Below are positions 1 to 9,014 of a DNA stretch of 45,456 nt, one piece after another. Under the pieces are notes generated by a model. That model was not told the DNA's origin, did no database searches, and worked only from the letters and a program-made list of their open reading frames with translations. Each line of letters opens with the position of its first letter. Within the stretch, counting starts at the first letter, position 1. Source of the stretch: a virus (Duplodnaviria; Caudoviricetes). Location: positions 1-45,456 of IMG/VR virus record IMGVR_UViG_3300004633_000352; one strand, 5' to 3'. A program made the translations under genes and the position numbers.

Positions 1-2
1 TC

Positions 3-92
3 ATTCCGCTCAACGGCACCCGCTTCGTCGGCTGCCTGAAGTGGAGCGCGGACTCGACCGCGGTCATGGGCACGATCGTCGGGAGTCGCTAG
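3..92 (+). CDS. 3' end of an upstream virion gene (partial)
   Basis: Open frame IPLNGTRFVGCLKWSADSTAVMGTIVGSR* ending 4 nt before the next ATG. Confidence 0.45.
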   Translation: MPLNGTRFVGCLKWSADSTAVMGTIVGSR

Positions 93-96
93 CCAC

Positions 97-474
97 ATGT
101 TCACCGACCTGATGCAGACTGCGGACTTGATCCTGCTCGACCAGTTCTCCGACAAGGTTCAGGTCACCATCCACGTGATCACTCCCACCGGCATCCAGGA
201 TGTGATTGTCCCCGCGATCGTGAAAAACCCGGCCCTCGAGGAGGATTATGTCCCGGCCGCTCCATTCGCTAACAGCGCGGACCCGGGCGGTGTCGGTTCG
301 ATCCTTCTCTTCATCCGCTACACCGCTGACACTGGCATGATCCGCGGCTCGACCGCCACGGTCACCAACAGCTCCCAGTTCGCGGGCGACTACGACATCT
401 GGCAGGTGGACGTCGACCGGGTAGGCGGCGCCTCCCTGCGCATGCGCAAGCGGATGGTCGCATGGGATGCTTGA
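97..474 (+). CDS. Putative head-tail joining/closure protein
   Basis: 125 aa beta-rich protein just upstream of terminator and tube genes; call mostly by position. Confidence 0.55.
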   Translation: MFTDLMQTADLILLDQFSDKVQVTIHVITPTGIQDVIVPAIVKNPALEEDYVPAAPFANSADPGGVGSILLFIRYTADTGMIRGSTATVTNSSQFAGDYDIWQVDVDRVGGASLRMRKRMVAWDA

Positions 475-934
475 CCCGGACGTGGTCCTCGACGCGGTAG
501 TCTCGACCCTCCGCTCGATCCCCACCCTAGTCTCAGAACTCGGCGGCACCGACCGCATTACCGGCCACAAATACCTGTACGGCCCGGAAAATTCGCTCAT
601 GCGGGCGATCTTCGCCATGCGTTCCCCGTCCATCCTGGTCGCCTACACGGACCTCCTCGGCGGTAACTGGAGCGGCACGGTCATGTGGAAGCATCGCCTC
701 GAAATCAATATCCGGCCGGGCAATGCCAACACGAACTATCAGTCTTATCTGCATCTGTGCTGGCTGGTGGTGAATGGCCTGATCTCCGGCACTAACCAGA
801 ACATCCGTCAGGTGGCGTTACTCAATGGGGACTTGTTCCTCGTGGAGACCCCATCCCTGGCGCACAAGACGGATGAGAACTTCGCCGACTTCTTCACCTG
901 GAGCTTTGTCTTTCCAGAGCACGGGGACCAGTGA
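467..934 (+). CDS. Putative tail terminator/completion protein
   Basis: 155 aa, directly before the tail tube gene; size and pattern typical of tail terminators. Confidence 0.55.
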   Translation: MLDPDVVLDAVVSTLRSIPTLVSELGGTDRITGHKYLYGPENSLMRAIFAMRSPSILVAYTDLLGGNWSGTVMWKHRLEINIRPGNANTNYQSYLHLCWLVVNGLISGTNQNIRQVALLNGDLFLVETPSLAHKTDENFADFFTWSFVFPEHGDQ

Positions 935-997
935 TGGCGACCAGTAATGGTTATAACTCTGCGGTTGGTAAAATCAACTCTTAGAGGACGGTAACTC

Positions 998-2140
998 ATG
1001 CCAGCTCGTGTACAAGGACTACGCTTCGCGCTCGGCACCGCCGCGCAGGCGGATATCGACACGGCGTCCACCTCGTTCGCCACATTTACCAAGCTCAACA
1101 CGGACGTCCCCTTCCTCAACTTTGGCACCGAGACCGACAAGGACTGGATCGGCAAGGGCGACGAGTTCATCTCCGTGAACGGCGTGTATCCGACCGCGCA
1201 CGAGCTGGCCAACACGCAGATCGAGAAGTACGGCAGTGCGGAGTTCGTGCTCTGGTCGTGGGCCTACGCCCTCGGCGATATCGCGTTGGCCACGAGCCTG
1301 TACACGATCAATCCGATCAAGCCCGAAGTCTCGCTCGAGCTGCCGTACTTTACCGTCGCGGCTCAGCTCGGCGAGGGCGGCGGCATGGCGTTCGACGAGG
1401 CCTATCTTGGCTGCGCCATCGAGGATGTGGAGACTACTTTCCATTACGGCCCGGATCTCGCCTCGCTCAAAAACGTCGTGAACTACGCCGGCAGTGGCCG
1501 CCACACCATCCCGAGCGGCGTCACCTTCCCGCCACCGGTCGCCGAGAAATATATGACCGCCTCGTCGATGACGATCAACGTCAACGGCACGGACTATGTC
1601 AGTAACGCCGGGATCCTGATGGGCTCGATCGGCTGGAAGAACAACCTGATCCTGCCGTTGCGCTACTACCCCGGTTCGGGCGTCCAGGGCGGCGCCGCGG
1701 TGGGCGGCCGAATCTTCATGGGCAACCGCGTCCCTACCCTGACCTTCACCGCCTTCCTCACCAAGACCAGCGACGAGTACACCAAGCTGGTCAATCAGAC
1801 CACCGGCACTGCGGTCCTGACCTTCACCTTCGACGCTACCCACACTGTCACCTTCACCTACCACTCCGTCTCTTTCGAGGCCGTGACCAGGCGCGTCGAG
1901 GAAGGCATCGTGGCCGTGGACGTGACGTGCGCACCGAAGGCCGATCCGACCTTGGGCGTGCTCACGGTAACCGGTAAGTGCGGGATCGTGGATATTGGCC
2001 AGCTCACACATACCATCAAGGCTGCCGGCGCCGACAAGCCGGGCGACAAAGATACCACAGATACCAAGGATGCCGATAAGGCGGCTGCCGACAAGCCTAA
2101 GAACGGCGGCGCTAACGGCGGCACTAAGAAAGCGGCCTGA
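998..2140 (+). CDS. Major tail tube protein
   Basis: 380 aa, SD-like GAGGA upstream, Thr/Gly beta-rich, precedes the chaperone pair; low-complexity Lys/Asp C-terminal tail. Confidence 0.75.
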   Translation: MPARVQGLRFALGTAAQADIDTASTSFATFTKLNTDVPFLNFGTETDKDWIGKGDEFISVNGVYPTAHELANTQIEKYGSAEFVLWSWAYALGDIALATSLYTINPIKPEVSLELPYFTVAAQLGEGGGMAFDEAYLGCAIEDVETTFHYGPDLASLKNVVNYAGSGRHTIPSGVTFPPPVAEKYMTASSMTINVNGTDYVSNAGILMGSIGWKNNLILPLRYYPGSGVQGGAAVGGRIFMGNRVPTLTFTAFLTKTSDEYTKLVNQTTGTAVLTFTFDATHTVTFTYHSVSFEAVTRRVEEGIVAVDVTCAPKADPTLGVLTVTGKCGIVDIGQLTHTIKAAGADKPGDKDTTDTKDADKAAADKPKNGGANGGTKKAA

Positions 2141-2242
2141 TAAGATTGATAGTAGCGGAGCGGGGCGGGTCTCATCGGTTTCGGTTGCCTGTCCCTAACG
2201 TGGCGCCGGACGCGTTGACCCTATCCACCCGTCCGGCGTCTT
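2138..2242 (+). ncRNA. Candidate structured RNA with two hairpins between tube and chaperone genes
   Basis: TG-A-TAAGAT extended -10 at 2138-2146; stems GGGCGGGT/GCCTGTCC and GGCGCCGGACG/CGTCCGGCGTC. Confidence 0.35.
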
Positions 2243-2265
2243 AATCCTCCTGAGAGTGCTTATGT

Positions 2266-2904
2266 ATGTATGGTGAACTCCCGCTGATCGAAACCACTGA
2301 CGGCCACCAGGTCCCCGGCTATCCTGTCCAGATCCTCAACCCTCCCAAGACCGCGGTCCTCCGCCTCCCCACCAATGACGAGCTGATGGAGTATCTCCGC
2401 GGCCAGAAGTCCATCTATCGTGACCTCGGCCGGCGCATGGGCGAGGGCGACGACGTGCCTAACCCCGCCGCGGACCAGAAACTCTTCCGCGCCATCCGCA
2501 TCGACAAGGACGGCCCAGAGTTCGACGACGCGGAGGCCCTCCGCGCGATCGGCCTTATCACCCGGCACCGCGTCACCTCCTGCGAGCGCGACGGCCAGGA
2601 GTACGTGGTCAAGCTGATCACTCCCTTCGGTGAGACCGTCCATACCTGCCGCATCCCGTTCGAGCGCGAGCTGCAGCACTATCGCGCTAACGTGATCAAG
2701 GCGCGCGACCTGCCGCACGGCATGGAAGAACGCCGCTTCCCGCCCGATGTGCCGGCCAAACTCTACGACGAAGTCCTGGTCAGAACCGAGGGCTATCTGG
2801 GAGGCGGTAACGGTTCGATCCCACCTCATCATAAGCGCGCGGTTATCACCGAACTGGTCTCCTCGATCACCGCCCTCGACCCGAGTCTCGACCCAAACTT
2901 CTGA
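2266..2904 (+). CDS. Tail assembly chaperone (lambda gpG-like)
   Basis: 212 aa between tube and tape measure genes; ends GAC CCA AAC TTC TGA, which contains a slippery heptamer. Confidence 0.75.
   Translation: MYGELPLIETTDGHQVPGYPVQILNPPKTAVLRLPTNDELMEYLRGQKSIYRDLGRRMGEGDDVPNPAADQKLFRAIRIDKDGPEFDDAEALRAIGLITRHRVTSCERDGQEYVVKLITPFGETVHTCRIPFERELQHYRANVIKARDLPHGMEERRFPPDVPAKLYDEVLVRTEGYLGGGNGSIPPHHKRAVITELVSSITALDPSLDPNF
2892..2898 (+). promoter_or_regulatory. Programmed -1 frameshift site C CCA AAC
   Basis: X XXY YYZ heptamer in the correct phase; the -1 frame is open (LLRPDTWPDPVPLRLLIHR) into ORF 2955-3416. Confidence 0.75.
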
Positions 2905-2954
2905 GGCCAGACACCTGGCCCGACCCTGTCCCTCTCCGCCTGCTGATCCACCGC

Positions 2955-3416
2955 ATGCTCCGCCAGGACACCCTCTGCAAGGGCGGCGAGAGGCAGGAGC
3001 GCGGCTGCTCGATGGCCACTACTATGCGCTGCGCCGACTGCGGCCGCGAGTACGAACCGGCGAGTGGCGACCCCGACTTCACCGAGGACTGCCCCGGTTG
3101 CGGGTCGGAGCTGGTCTCGGTCATGCGGTGCGAGTCCTGTCCGATACTCTCTATCGACTATGTTCGTCAGACGACCAACGCCGGCCGGCTGCTCGAGCGC
3201 GTGCTCGATCTGGACTTCGCAACCAAGCGGTTTAAGGTAGATATTGAGCAGGTCACAGCCGAAGAGATGACCGGCCTCAAGGTGCTCGAACAGGAGCGGT
3301 GGAAATGGGAGCGAGAGCGGACCGAACGGCAGCAGCAGCAGGCGGCGATCGAGGCGCGCAAGCAGGAGGCGCAACGCCGGGCGAGAGAGCGGGCGGGCCG
3401 TTACGGCGGAGTGTGA
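2955..3416 (+). CDS. gpT-like frameshift extension of the tail chaperone, with zinc-ribbon motifs
   Basis: In the -1 frame relative to 2266-2904, no clear SD; CADC, CPGC and CESC motifs and a coiled-coil C-terminus. Confidence 0.65.
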   Translation: MLRQDTLCKGGERQERGCSMATTMRCADCGREYEPASGDPDFTEDCPGCGSELVSVMRCESCPILSIDYVRQTTNAGRLLERVLDLDFATKRFKVDIEQVTAEEMTGLKVLEQERWKWERERTERQQQQAAIEARKQEAQRRARERAGRYGGV

Positions 3417-3694
3417 ACGCAGGGCCGCGTGGTGTCCGAGTGGAAGCGCTCCGCGAGAGTGGCGAGAGTCCAGGCTTTATGCCGTGCCAGTGCGGCTGGT
3501 GCAACAGTTGCCGCTCGCGGAGCAAGAGTAGCGCAGAGCGTGGCTGTCCGAGAGTCAGCCTGCCGCGTTATACCGAGCGCCAGGCCGAGGAGCACCTGCG
3601 CGACTACTGGCGGGGGCGGGAGATAGAATGGGAGCGCGAGGCCGAGGAGGCCAGGAAACGTGGGGCAGCCCGCGCGGCCAGAAGGCATAACTGA
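3413..3694 (+). CDS. Small hypothetical protein with Cys-rich CQCGWCNSC motif
   Basis: GTGA overlap with the upstream stop (alternative ATG at 3479); fills the gap to 3697. Confidence 0.4.
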   Translation: MNAGPRGVRVEALRESGESPGFMPCQCGWCNSCRSRSKSSAERGCPRVSLPRYTERQAEEHLRDYWRGREIEWEREAEEARKRGAARAARRHN

Positions 3695-3696
3695 GT

Positions 3697-4143
3697 ATGA
3701 AACTCGTCACCGCTAAAATTACCAACCTGCAATTCACCCTCTCCCCGTTCTCCGCCCAGCAGATGTCGGACCTCGGGGATTTCATGATCGCGACCAAGTT
3801 CGCCCGCCTGGACCAGGCGCTCGACTCGACCGACTCGCCGGCCCCGCCGCTCACCGATCGCTACGCTAAGGCCAAGATCAAATACTATAACGCCGCCCCG
3901 GTCCGCGACTGGCGGTTCCGCGGCATGACGCGCCGCTCGATCAAGACCATCCGCGCCAACCAGGAGCGGGTCGTGATCGGGCCGGTCAACTCGCAGGCGG
4001 ACCTGATCATGACGGTGAACCGGCGCCGGTCGGAGCAGTGGTCGGACAGTCCCAAGGACACGCAGGCTCTCCACGCCTATACCGAGGCGATGATGCAGGC
4101 GCACCGGGTGGTACGGGTGGTACAACAGCTCAAGACCGCCTGA
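3697..4143 (+). CDS. Virion morphogenesis / tail completion protein (Mu gpG / P2 gpS-like)
   Basis: PL..RY.K.K followed by a G.TRRSI pattern typical of this family; 148 aa. Confidence 0.55.
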   Translation: MKLVTAKITNLQFTLSPFSAQQMSDLGDFMIATKFARLDQALDSTDSPAPPLTDRYAKAKIKYYNAAPVRDWRFRGMTRRSIKTIRANQERVVIGPVNSQADLIMTVNRRRSEQWSDSPKDTQALHAYTEAMMQAHRVVRVVQQLKTA

Positions 4144-4152
4144 CGTCTGAGA

Positions 4153-4185
4153 CCGCCTGACGCCCGCCTGACGCCCGCCTGACGC
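4153..4185. repeat. Tandem repeat CCGCCTGACGC x3
   Basis: Perfect 11-nt unit, three copies, just after the stop at 4143. Confidence 0.9.
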
Positions 4186-4204
4186 CCCGTCCGGCCCCGC
4201 CACG

Positions 4205-4213
4205 TGCTATGAT
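4205..4213 (+). promoter_or_regulatory. Extended -10 promoter upstream of the solitary CRISPR repeat
   Basis: TG-C-TATGAT, ending 19 nt before the repeat; no canonical -35. Confidence 0.55.
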
Positions 4214-4232
4214 ACGGCCAATAGTAGATCTC

Positions 4233-4265
4233 ACCGCACCCTACCCGGGGCGCGTGGATTGAAAC
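4233..4265 (+). CRISPR. Solitary type I-C-like CRISPR repeat unit (not an array)
   Basis: ACCGCACCCTACCCGGGGCGCGTGGATTGAAAC; the 3' half matches the I-C consensus GGGCGCGTGGATTGAAAC, the 5' half is degenerate; one copy seen, no cas genes. Confidence 0.8.
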
Positions 4266-4321
4266 GTTGTGTTCGGTCAAGTGTACCGTTCGCGTGTGTT
4301 TCGTGTGTTTCGTGTGGTAAG

Positions 4322-4379
4322 GGATAACAGGCGGGTCCTGGGCTGCTTTCACCCGGGTCACCGCCTGTTTCCATCTTTT
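4322..4379. terminator. Long hairpin between the repeat transcript and the convergent ORF
   Basis: AACAGGCGG...CCGCCTGTT stem with an inner CCTGGG/CCCGGG stem, followed by ATCTTTT. Confidence 0.5.
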
Positions 4380-4384
4380 GCCCC

Positions 4385-4666
4385 CTACTGTCCCCGCTCC
4401 TTTTCCCGCGTACGTTCCTTCTCGGCAAGCCACTGCTGGACAACCTCCAGCTTGTCGAGGCGGCTCTCATGCGCCTTGGCTGTTTCTGCCTGCGCGGTGG
4501 CTCTTTCTGCCTGCGCGACAGCCACCAGTCGCAATTCAGCGATCGACTGCTTTAACGCCAGGGTCTCGTCATACAGCCGGGCGAGTCCAGCCCAGAACTG
4601 CTCCTTGTCGAAGTCCGGTCCACCCAGCTTGCCAAGGGCAACCGCGTGCGGATTCTTTTTAGTCAT
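4385..4666 (-). CDS. Small protein with N-terminal KNPHAVALGKLGG (KGG-like) motif and coiled coil
   Basis: 93 aa antisense insertion in the tail operon with its own AT-rich upstream region. Confidence 0.7.
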   Translation of the reverse strand: MTKKNPHAVALGKLGGPDFDKEQFWAGLARLYDETLALKQSIAELRLVAVAQAERATAQAETAKAHESRLDKLEVVQQWLAEKERTREKERGQ

Positions 4667-4792
4667 GCGTAAATAGCTTAATCCAGGCGCTTTAAAAAAG
4701 CATCCAGTCCCTAATGTGATTATGCTTGATGATGGCTACATGGACCTTCATACCTGGGCTCCTCGTTATAACCACGCCCGTTAAAATGGGTT

Positions 4793-7700
4793 GTGCCCGA
4801 CAACACGATCGAGTACTCGTTCAACAACCGCTCGATCGTCGAGGGTCTGGCCGAATTAAACAAGCTCTTCCAACAAACCTCAGAGAGCGCGGGCGATGTG
4901 GCCAGGCAGTGGTCGACGGCTCTGGCGGGCGTCGTCACGCAGGCCACCAACCTTAGTACCGCATACGTCAAGGCTACCGACCGGTCTACCAAGTCTCAGG
5001 AGCGGTGGCTCAAATCGCTCGAGCAGACCGCCGCCACCTACGGTAAATCGGGCGAAGAAGCGTTGATCGCCAAGCGGGACATCACTATCAAGCAGCTCGG
5101 CCAGCAGACGGACGCGATCAATAAGGTCAGAGCGGCGTACGACCAGATGATCAAGACCACGCGGGAGGCAGCCGCCGCCGGTGAGAGGCAACAGTCCCAG
5201 CGGCAGACCGAGTCGCGTGTCTCGGCACTCGAGTCGCGAGCCGCGGTGGCCGGCCTCGAAGGCGCGGACAAACGGCACGCCGAGGCGGAGTTACTGATCA
5301 AGGACCTGGGTGGCCAGACAGAGGCAATCAACCGGGTCATCGCGGCCACCGAGAGGCTCAACGCGGCTGAGGCCAAACAGACGCAGGGTTCCCAACGGGA
5401 GCAGGCCGAGCAGCGGATCGCGGCTCTCGAGCAGCGTAATGCACAGGCCTCTATGAGCGCCGCAGACAAGCTGGTAATGCGCGAGCGGGAACTGCTCAAG
5501 GGTGTCGAGGGTGAGGTCGGATTACGCGAGCGGGCCCGTGCCGCAATCGAGGCGGAGGCTCAGGCTGAGCAGAAGGCATTAGCGGTAGAGAAGTCCCGCC
5601 AGGCAGAGCAGAAGGTCATGGCCCTCGAGGAGCGAGCTGCCGTATCCCGTATGACCGGCATCCAGCGACTACGCCACGACGAGGCCAAGATGCTCCGCGA
5701 GATGGGCGATCAGGGCGAAGCGACTGCCAACCGGATCAAGCGGGCGTTCGCGGACCTGGCCAAGTCGCAGGGCGGCGAGGGCGGGGGTGCGGGCGTGCAG
5801 CTCCTCCGCGGGGCGCGCGACATCTTCGAAGGCCGGATGGCATACGGTGAGGTGCAGATCGGTAAGGCTCTGTCGTCTCTGTCCGGCGCCCCGATGATCA
5901 TCGGCGGGATCACGGCCGCATTAGTCGGTGCTGCCGCGGCCGGCTACAAGGCCGCCGAGTCACTCGGCGACTATGCCGTCAAGATCCACAACATCCAAGT
6001 CGTGACGGGTATGACTGCGCGCGAGGTGCAGCAATTCACCTTCGCGGCCAAGCTGACCGGCCAGGACTCCGAGATTGCCGAGCGCATGGTCCGCGGTCTC
6101 ACGCAGGCGATCGAGGATCAGGGATCGCAGGGACAGCGCGCGCGCGAGACGCTGAAGGGCATGCATGTGGATTTGCTCGCGCTCAAGTCTGGTGCTACCA
6201 CGCCGATCGAACTCTTCCAGCAGATCGCCACCCAACTCGAGCGACAGCCGAACCTGTGGATGCGGAACAAGGAAGCGATCGATCTCTTCAAACGCGCTGG
6301 CATCCAGTCTCTGCCGATCCTCGCGGAGTTCAACGACGCGCTCAAGAAGTCGGCCGACCTGGCCTTCCCGACGGACGCGCAACTGAAACGGTGGAAGACG
6401 ACTCACGAGGAACTAGAGAAGGTCAAGACCGAGTTTGACATCGTCGTGATGCACATTAAGGAGGAGCTCGCCACTCCGTTCAAGTTCGTGCTGGAATTCG
6501 TAGCTGCGGGTTCGAAGGATACCGTCACAGGCGCGCTGATGCGCGGGCGCATGGATGAGGTCTTGCAGAATGCGCTCAAGCAAGCCTATCCGGATACGGG
6601 ACCGCTCATGCAGGCGGCGACCGACAGGGCGCGGCAGCAGGCGCGCGAGGCCATGCCGCAACTGACGACTTCCAAGACGCCTTACCTGGCAGGACTGGCG
6701 AAGACGGACATAGAGGTGGCCGAGGCGGCCGCCCAGCGTTTGAAGAAGGTCTATGACGAGACGCGCGATGATCAGCTCAAGAGCGTAGCCGATACGCTGA
6801 AGGCCAAAAAAGCGTATGAGGATCAACTGGCGATCGTGACGCGTCTGCGGGACGCGGAGGCCCACCGCAAGTCGAACGCCGAGGCCCTCCTCAAGTTGCA
6901 GAGCGAGGCCAAGGAGAAAGCGGAACACCCATACGGCATGCTGCCGGCGGAGCGCGCGCTGATGGAGTATAAGGCGCGCCCGGGCGTCACCGCGCAACAG
7001 GTCGAAGCGGCGCGCCAGGCACTCCGTCCACAACTGGACGAAGAGGTGGACGCTATCCTGCGCAAGGCCGGACTGAAGCGGACTACCGTCGACGAGTGGA
7101 TGAACTCCGCACTCTTTGGCAGGAGCCCATTGGGACCGATCTCCCGTGATGCGATGCAGATCAGGGGCGCTCAGTTCAGCGGCGGTTTCGTCGGCCCCTC
7201 GCTCGATCTCACCGCCAAAGGCCAGCAGGAGCTCGAGGCCCGTGGCCGGCTGATGCAGGAGAACCTGAAACAGGAGAGCGATGCGAGCCGTGAGTACGTG
7301 CGTGCCGCCGAGGATGTGCTGCTCGAGAACCGCAAGCTCGCCCGGTTCAGTGAGGAGGGTCAGGCGCGTGTCGCTGGTATACTCGCTCCGGAGAGTCCGG
7401 AGAACCGGCTGGCCACGGAGAAGCGGATCCACGACATCCGCAAGCAGCAGGTCGCGGATGAGTACCGGGCGGCGAAGGCGCGAATCGCCGAGGATTACAC
7501 GGACAAGGAGCAACGCGAGACCCAACTGCTGCAGTTGAGGCTGCGCGCGTCACGTGAAGTAGCGGAGCTCGACGCGCAACTCGATGAGCAGCGTGCTACT
7601 GAGGTCCGGCGGCGCCTCGATGAGATCAAGTCCGCCACCGAGTCTTTGCTGCACACGCTCTTCACCAAGCCATCCGAGTTCGGCCGCCAGCTCGCCACCA

Positions 7701-9013
7701 CCTTGCGTGACGCGGTCCTACGGCCGATCGAGAAAGGCCTGGCCGAGCAGATCTCACATGCCCTATACGGAACCGTAGGCAAGATAGGAGGCATACTCGG
7801 TGGGATCGCCGGCGGTCAGTCGCCGCAGATTCAATCGACCGATATGAACACGGTCGCGACCAACATGAACACGGCGGCGATGCAGTCACTGGCCATGTCT
7901 TTGGGCGGTGCGGCCGGTATTGCCGGCTATGGCGGTGCCGGCGGATATGGCGGCTACTCTCCTGCCGGGGGTTATTCTCCTGCCGGCGGCTACTCTCCTG
8001 TTGAAACGGGTGGCTTCCCGGGCGGCGGCGGGGGCGGGGGCGGCGGAGGCGGCGGGGGCGGTATAGGCGCCGTCCTGGGAACCGGTGTCGCAGCCCCTGG
8101 AACCGGCAGGTTCGGCAAACTCGCGGCCGCGCTCGGCGGTATCGGCGGCGGTGGCATGATGGTCGCCAGGGACAGCCAGGGCGGCCTCTGGGCTACGGTC
8201 GGCAACACGTCCTACTCGATCGACACCCTCGGCGGCAAACTCAATGCGTTTGGCCATTCCGGCGTCGCCAAGGCAGGAGCCTTCGCCGGCGGCATGATGG
8301 CTGCCCAATACGGTCTCCTCGGTAGCAGACGCGGGACGACTGCCGGGACCCTCCTAGGCGCACTCGGAGGTGCCGGTATGGGCTGGTCGGTCGGCGCATC
8401 GATCGGCGCGGTCGGCGGCCCGCTCGGCGCGGCTATCGGTGCCGGCGTCGGTCTGCTGGTCGGTATCGGTGAGCAGATCGCCGGCGTCGAGACTCCTCAG
8501 CGTCACGCCAAGCGTCTGGTCGCCCAGCTCTACCACGTCTCGATCAACAACTCGATGGCCGACCAGATCGTACAGCTCGCCCAGCAGCGTTACGGCGGCA
8601 CGGTCTCGGTCGCGGTCCGCTCTCCCGAGGTGCGTGAGATGCTCGGGCTCTACGCGGCTGGTACAGGCCAGAGATTCGCCGCCTCCGCCATGACTCCTCA
8701 CGGCGGCAGCCTGGTCGAATCGGGCGGCCAGCTCTACCAGGGTGCCAGCTACCAATACGGCAACGTGTTCAGCTACTCCTCTGGCCTCCCCGTCTACGGC
8801 GGCGTCTCGGGCCAGCCACTCCCCTCGCCCGGCGGTGGCGGCAACACGTACCTGTCGCTGAACGTCTCAGGCGACGCGGTGGCCGACTTTATGACGGGCC
8901 AGTATGTGACCCCCGACCGCATCAGCGCGACGCAGCAGCAGGCCTACCGCTCGTCTACAGGACGCGTCCAGTCGGCTATGCTGCTCAACGAGCCGGGGAG
9001 CATAATCGCCTAA
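4793..9013 (+). CDS. Tail tape measure protein
   Basis: 1406 aa Ala/Glu/Arg-rich helical protein with a Gly-rich hydrophobic C-terminal part, in the canonical position; TAAAAT ends 5 nt before the GTG start (possibly leaderless). Confidence 0.92.
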   Translation: MPDNTIEYSFNNRSIVEGLAELNKLFQQTSESAGDVARQWSTALAGVVTQATNLSTAYVKATDRSTKSQERWLKSLEQTAATYGKSGEEALIAKRDITIKQLGQQTDAINKVRAAYDQMIKTTREAAAAGERQQSQRQTESRVSALESRAAVAGLEGADKRHAEAELLIKDLGGQTEAINRVIAATERLNAAEAKQTQGSQREQAEQRIAALEQRNAQASMSAADKLVMRERELLKGVEGEVGLRERARAAIEAEAQAEQKALAVEKSRQAEQKVMALEERAAVSRMTGIQRLRHDEAKMLREMGDQGEATANRIKRAFADLAKSQGGEGGGAGVQLLRGARDIFEGRMAYGEVQIGKALSSLSGAPMIIGGITAALVGAAAAGYKAAESLGDYAVKIHNIQVVTGMTAREVQQFTFAAKLTGQDSEIAERMVRGLTQAIEDQGSQGQRARETLKGMHVDLLALKSGATTPIELFQQIATQLERQPNLWMRNKEAIDLFKRAGIQSLPILAEFNDALKKSADLAFPTDAQLKRWKTTHEELEKVKTEFDIVVMHIKEELATPFKFVLEFVAAGSKDTVTGALMRGRMDEVLQNALKQAYPDTGPLMQAATDRARQQAREAMPQLTTSKTPYLAGLAKTDIEVAEAAAQRLKKVYDETRDDQLKSVADTLKAKKAYEDQLAIVTRLRDAEAHRKSNAEALLKLQSEAKEKAEHPYGMLPAERALMEYKARPGVTAQQVEAARQALRPQLDEEVDAILRKAGLKRTTVDEWMNSALFGRSPLGPISRDAMQIRGAQFSGGFVGPSLDLTAKGQQELEARGRLMQENLKQESDASREYVRAAEDVLLENRKLARFSEEGQARVAGILAPESPENRLATEKRIHDIRKQQVADEYRAAKARIAEDYTDKEQRETQLLQLRLRASREVAELDAQLDEQRATEVRRRLDEIKSATESLLHTLFTKPSEFGRQLATTLRDAVLRPIEKGLAEQISHALYGTVGKIGGILGGIAGGQSPQIQSTDMNTVATNMNTAAMQSLAMSLGGAAGIAGYGGAGGYGGYSPAGGYSPAGGYSPVETGGFPGGGGGGGGGGGGGGIGAVLGTGVAAPGTGRFGKLAAALGGIGGGGMMVARDSQGGLWATVGNTSYSIDTLGGKLNAFGHSGVAKAGAFAGGMMAAQYGLLGSRRGTTAGTLLGALGGAGMGWSVGASIGAVGGPLGAAIGAGVGLLVGIGEQIAGVETPQRHAKRLVAQLYHVSINNSMADQIVQLAQQRYGGTVSVAVRSPEVREMLGLYAAGTGQRFAASAMTPHGGSLVESGGQLYQGASYQYGNVFSYSSGLPVYGGVSGQPLPSPGGGGNTYLSLNVSGDAVADFMTGQYVTPDRISATQQQAYRSSTGRVQSAMLLNEPGSIIA

Positions 9014-9014
9014 T

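Noticed and set aside
2805-2830. tRNA T-loop-like GGTTCGATCCC
   Set aside because: No cloverleaf; inside the chaperone ORF
4133-4320. Full CRISPR array
   Set aside because: Only one repeat; the flanking 11- and 9-nt repeats are tandem with no spacers
4322-4372. Group II intron domain V or SRP-like RNA (GGTGAAAG on the - strand)
   Set aside because: No AGC triad or domain V geometry and no SRP internal loop; treated as a plain hairpin
8020-8062. G-quadruplex or regulatory G-run in the tape measure gene
   Set aside because: Explained by a poly-Gly coding tract
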